Both the position numbers and the translations under genes were made by a program. The notes under the pieces are model-generated. The model searched no databases and was not told where the DNA came from. It saw nothing but the letters and a program-made list of their open reading frames with translations. From the sequence record MT496971.1: a DNA stretch of 45,359 nt; one strand, given 5' to 3'. Positions 44,548-45,359 of this stretch are shown here, piece after piece. Within the stretch, counting starts at the first letter, position 1, and each line of letters starts with the position of its first letter. This DNA is from Escherichia phage Mt1B1_P10.

Positions 44548-45092
44548 AGTTAATACCTCATTCAATAAGTAGTTAACCACGGCATACATAGGTTACACTA
44601 AGCAAATTGTTAAAGAGCAATGTAAGCGCTAGTCTCTTCGTATGCCTTACTAGCTGGCTACTAGGTGCCTCAGCACCGCCTACGTGATGCATAGTATTAC
44701 ACTAAGATTATCTTGTCAACACTAAGTTACCATCACTAAGAATAAGATAGGTTGTCTAACGTGTTAGACTAAGGAAAAGCAATAGATACAGAGATAGGAT
44801 AGGCTAGGTTGGCTAGGTTTCTGGTGTTCCTCCTACTGCATCTTATTACTATTACCTACTCTTAGCGGTCTACCGACCGCGACCTAATTGCATCTTATAG
44901 CTTTAGCTATGCAATCACTAAGAGAAGACACTAAGACTTACTAAGGTACACTACTAAGTTGATACTAAGCTAAGCACTAAGGCTTTAACTAAGGTAGCCC
45001 ACTAAGTCTAACCTAAGCCATCCATCAGGATTATACCAAGGATACACAAGCGCGGTGAGTGTAGCGTAACGCAGTGGAGCGAAACGAACAGA

Positions 45093-45359
45093 TAGCCCAC
45101 CCACGCCCACCCTGTCAAACGCTCAGGAATGGCCCTAAAACGGCCTGTGTAAGCCCTAAGCGGTTGCACTAAGGCAATCACCTTGTCCAATACTAAGGCG
45201 TGCCCTAGCGCTTCCTAGGCGTTCTCCTTGTGCAGCCACTAAGAGCAGACCTCGGCAAACCCTAGGCCACCCGTCGAAGACGTACCAGCCCAGCCCAATT
45301 CCCAAGCCAACCGCAGCGCGGCCCCCATATGGGGAAAATCCGGCGAGGGCGAGGGCGAG
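45093..45359. repeat. Direct terminal repeat, copy at window end (genome left end)
   Basis: Identical to bases 1-267. Confidence 0.9.

Noticed and set aside
1-45359. tRNA genes, CRISPR arrays, integrase or other transposable elements
   Set aside because: No cloverleaf-like conserved tRNA segments, no spaced direct-repeat arrays, and no integrase or transposase motifs noticed; consistent with a lytic T7-supergroup phage.

Overview
The window appears to be a complete linear genome of an SP6-like podophage (T7 supergroup, Autographiviridae), given in reverse-complement orientation. Bases 1-267 are identical to 45093-45359, which I read as 267-bp direct terminal repeats. All convincing genes are on the minus strand, so the genome's left (early) end is at the window's right end. 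Reading right to left: an early region with an Ocr-like DNA mimic and other small acidic proteins; a single-subunit RNA polymerase whose N-terminus matches SP6 RNAP as I recall it; a T7 gp1.1-like peptide; primase/helicase; DNA polymerase; exonuclease; endonuclease VII; a metallophosphoesterase; DNA ligase; a GNAT acetyltransferase; then portal, scaffold, capsid, tail tube A/B, three internal virion proteins, tail adaptor, holin, small and large terminase, endolysin with spanin candidates, and two tailspikes, the last an endosialidase (implying an E. coli K1-type host). At least 12 phage-RNAP promoters of consensus ATTTACTGGACACTATAGAAGG lie on the minus strand. No single clearly undescribed system stands out. 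Most worth a second look: two HNH homing endonucleases (one wedged between the terminase genes), a six-copy 16-bp palindromic hairpin family, tandem paralogous small late proteins, several small ORFs below the track's size cutoff, and a second tailspike of unknown specificity. The ORF track extends genes to upstream GTG/TTG codons; about 20 starts were re-picked by hand at the first ATG/GTG with a Shine-Dalgarno sequence. All homology calls are from motif recognition and memory, not searches.
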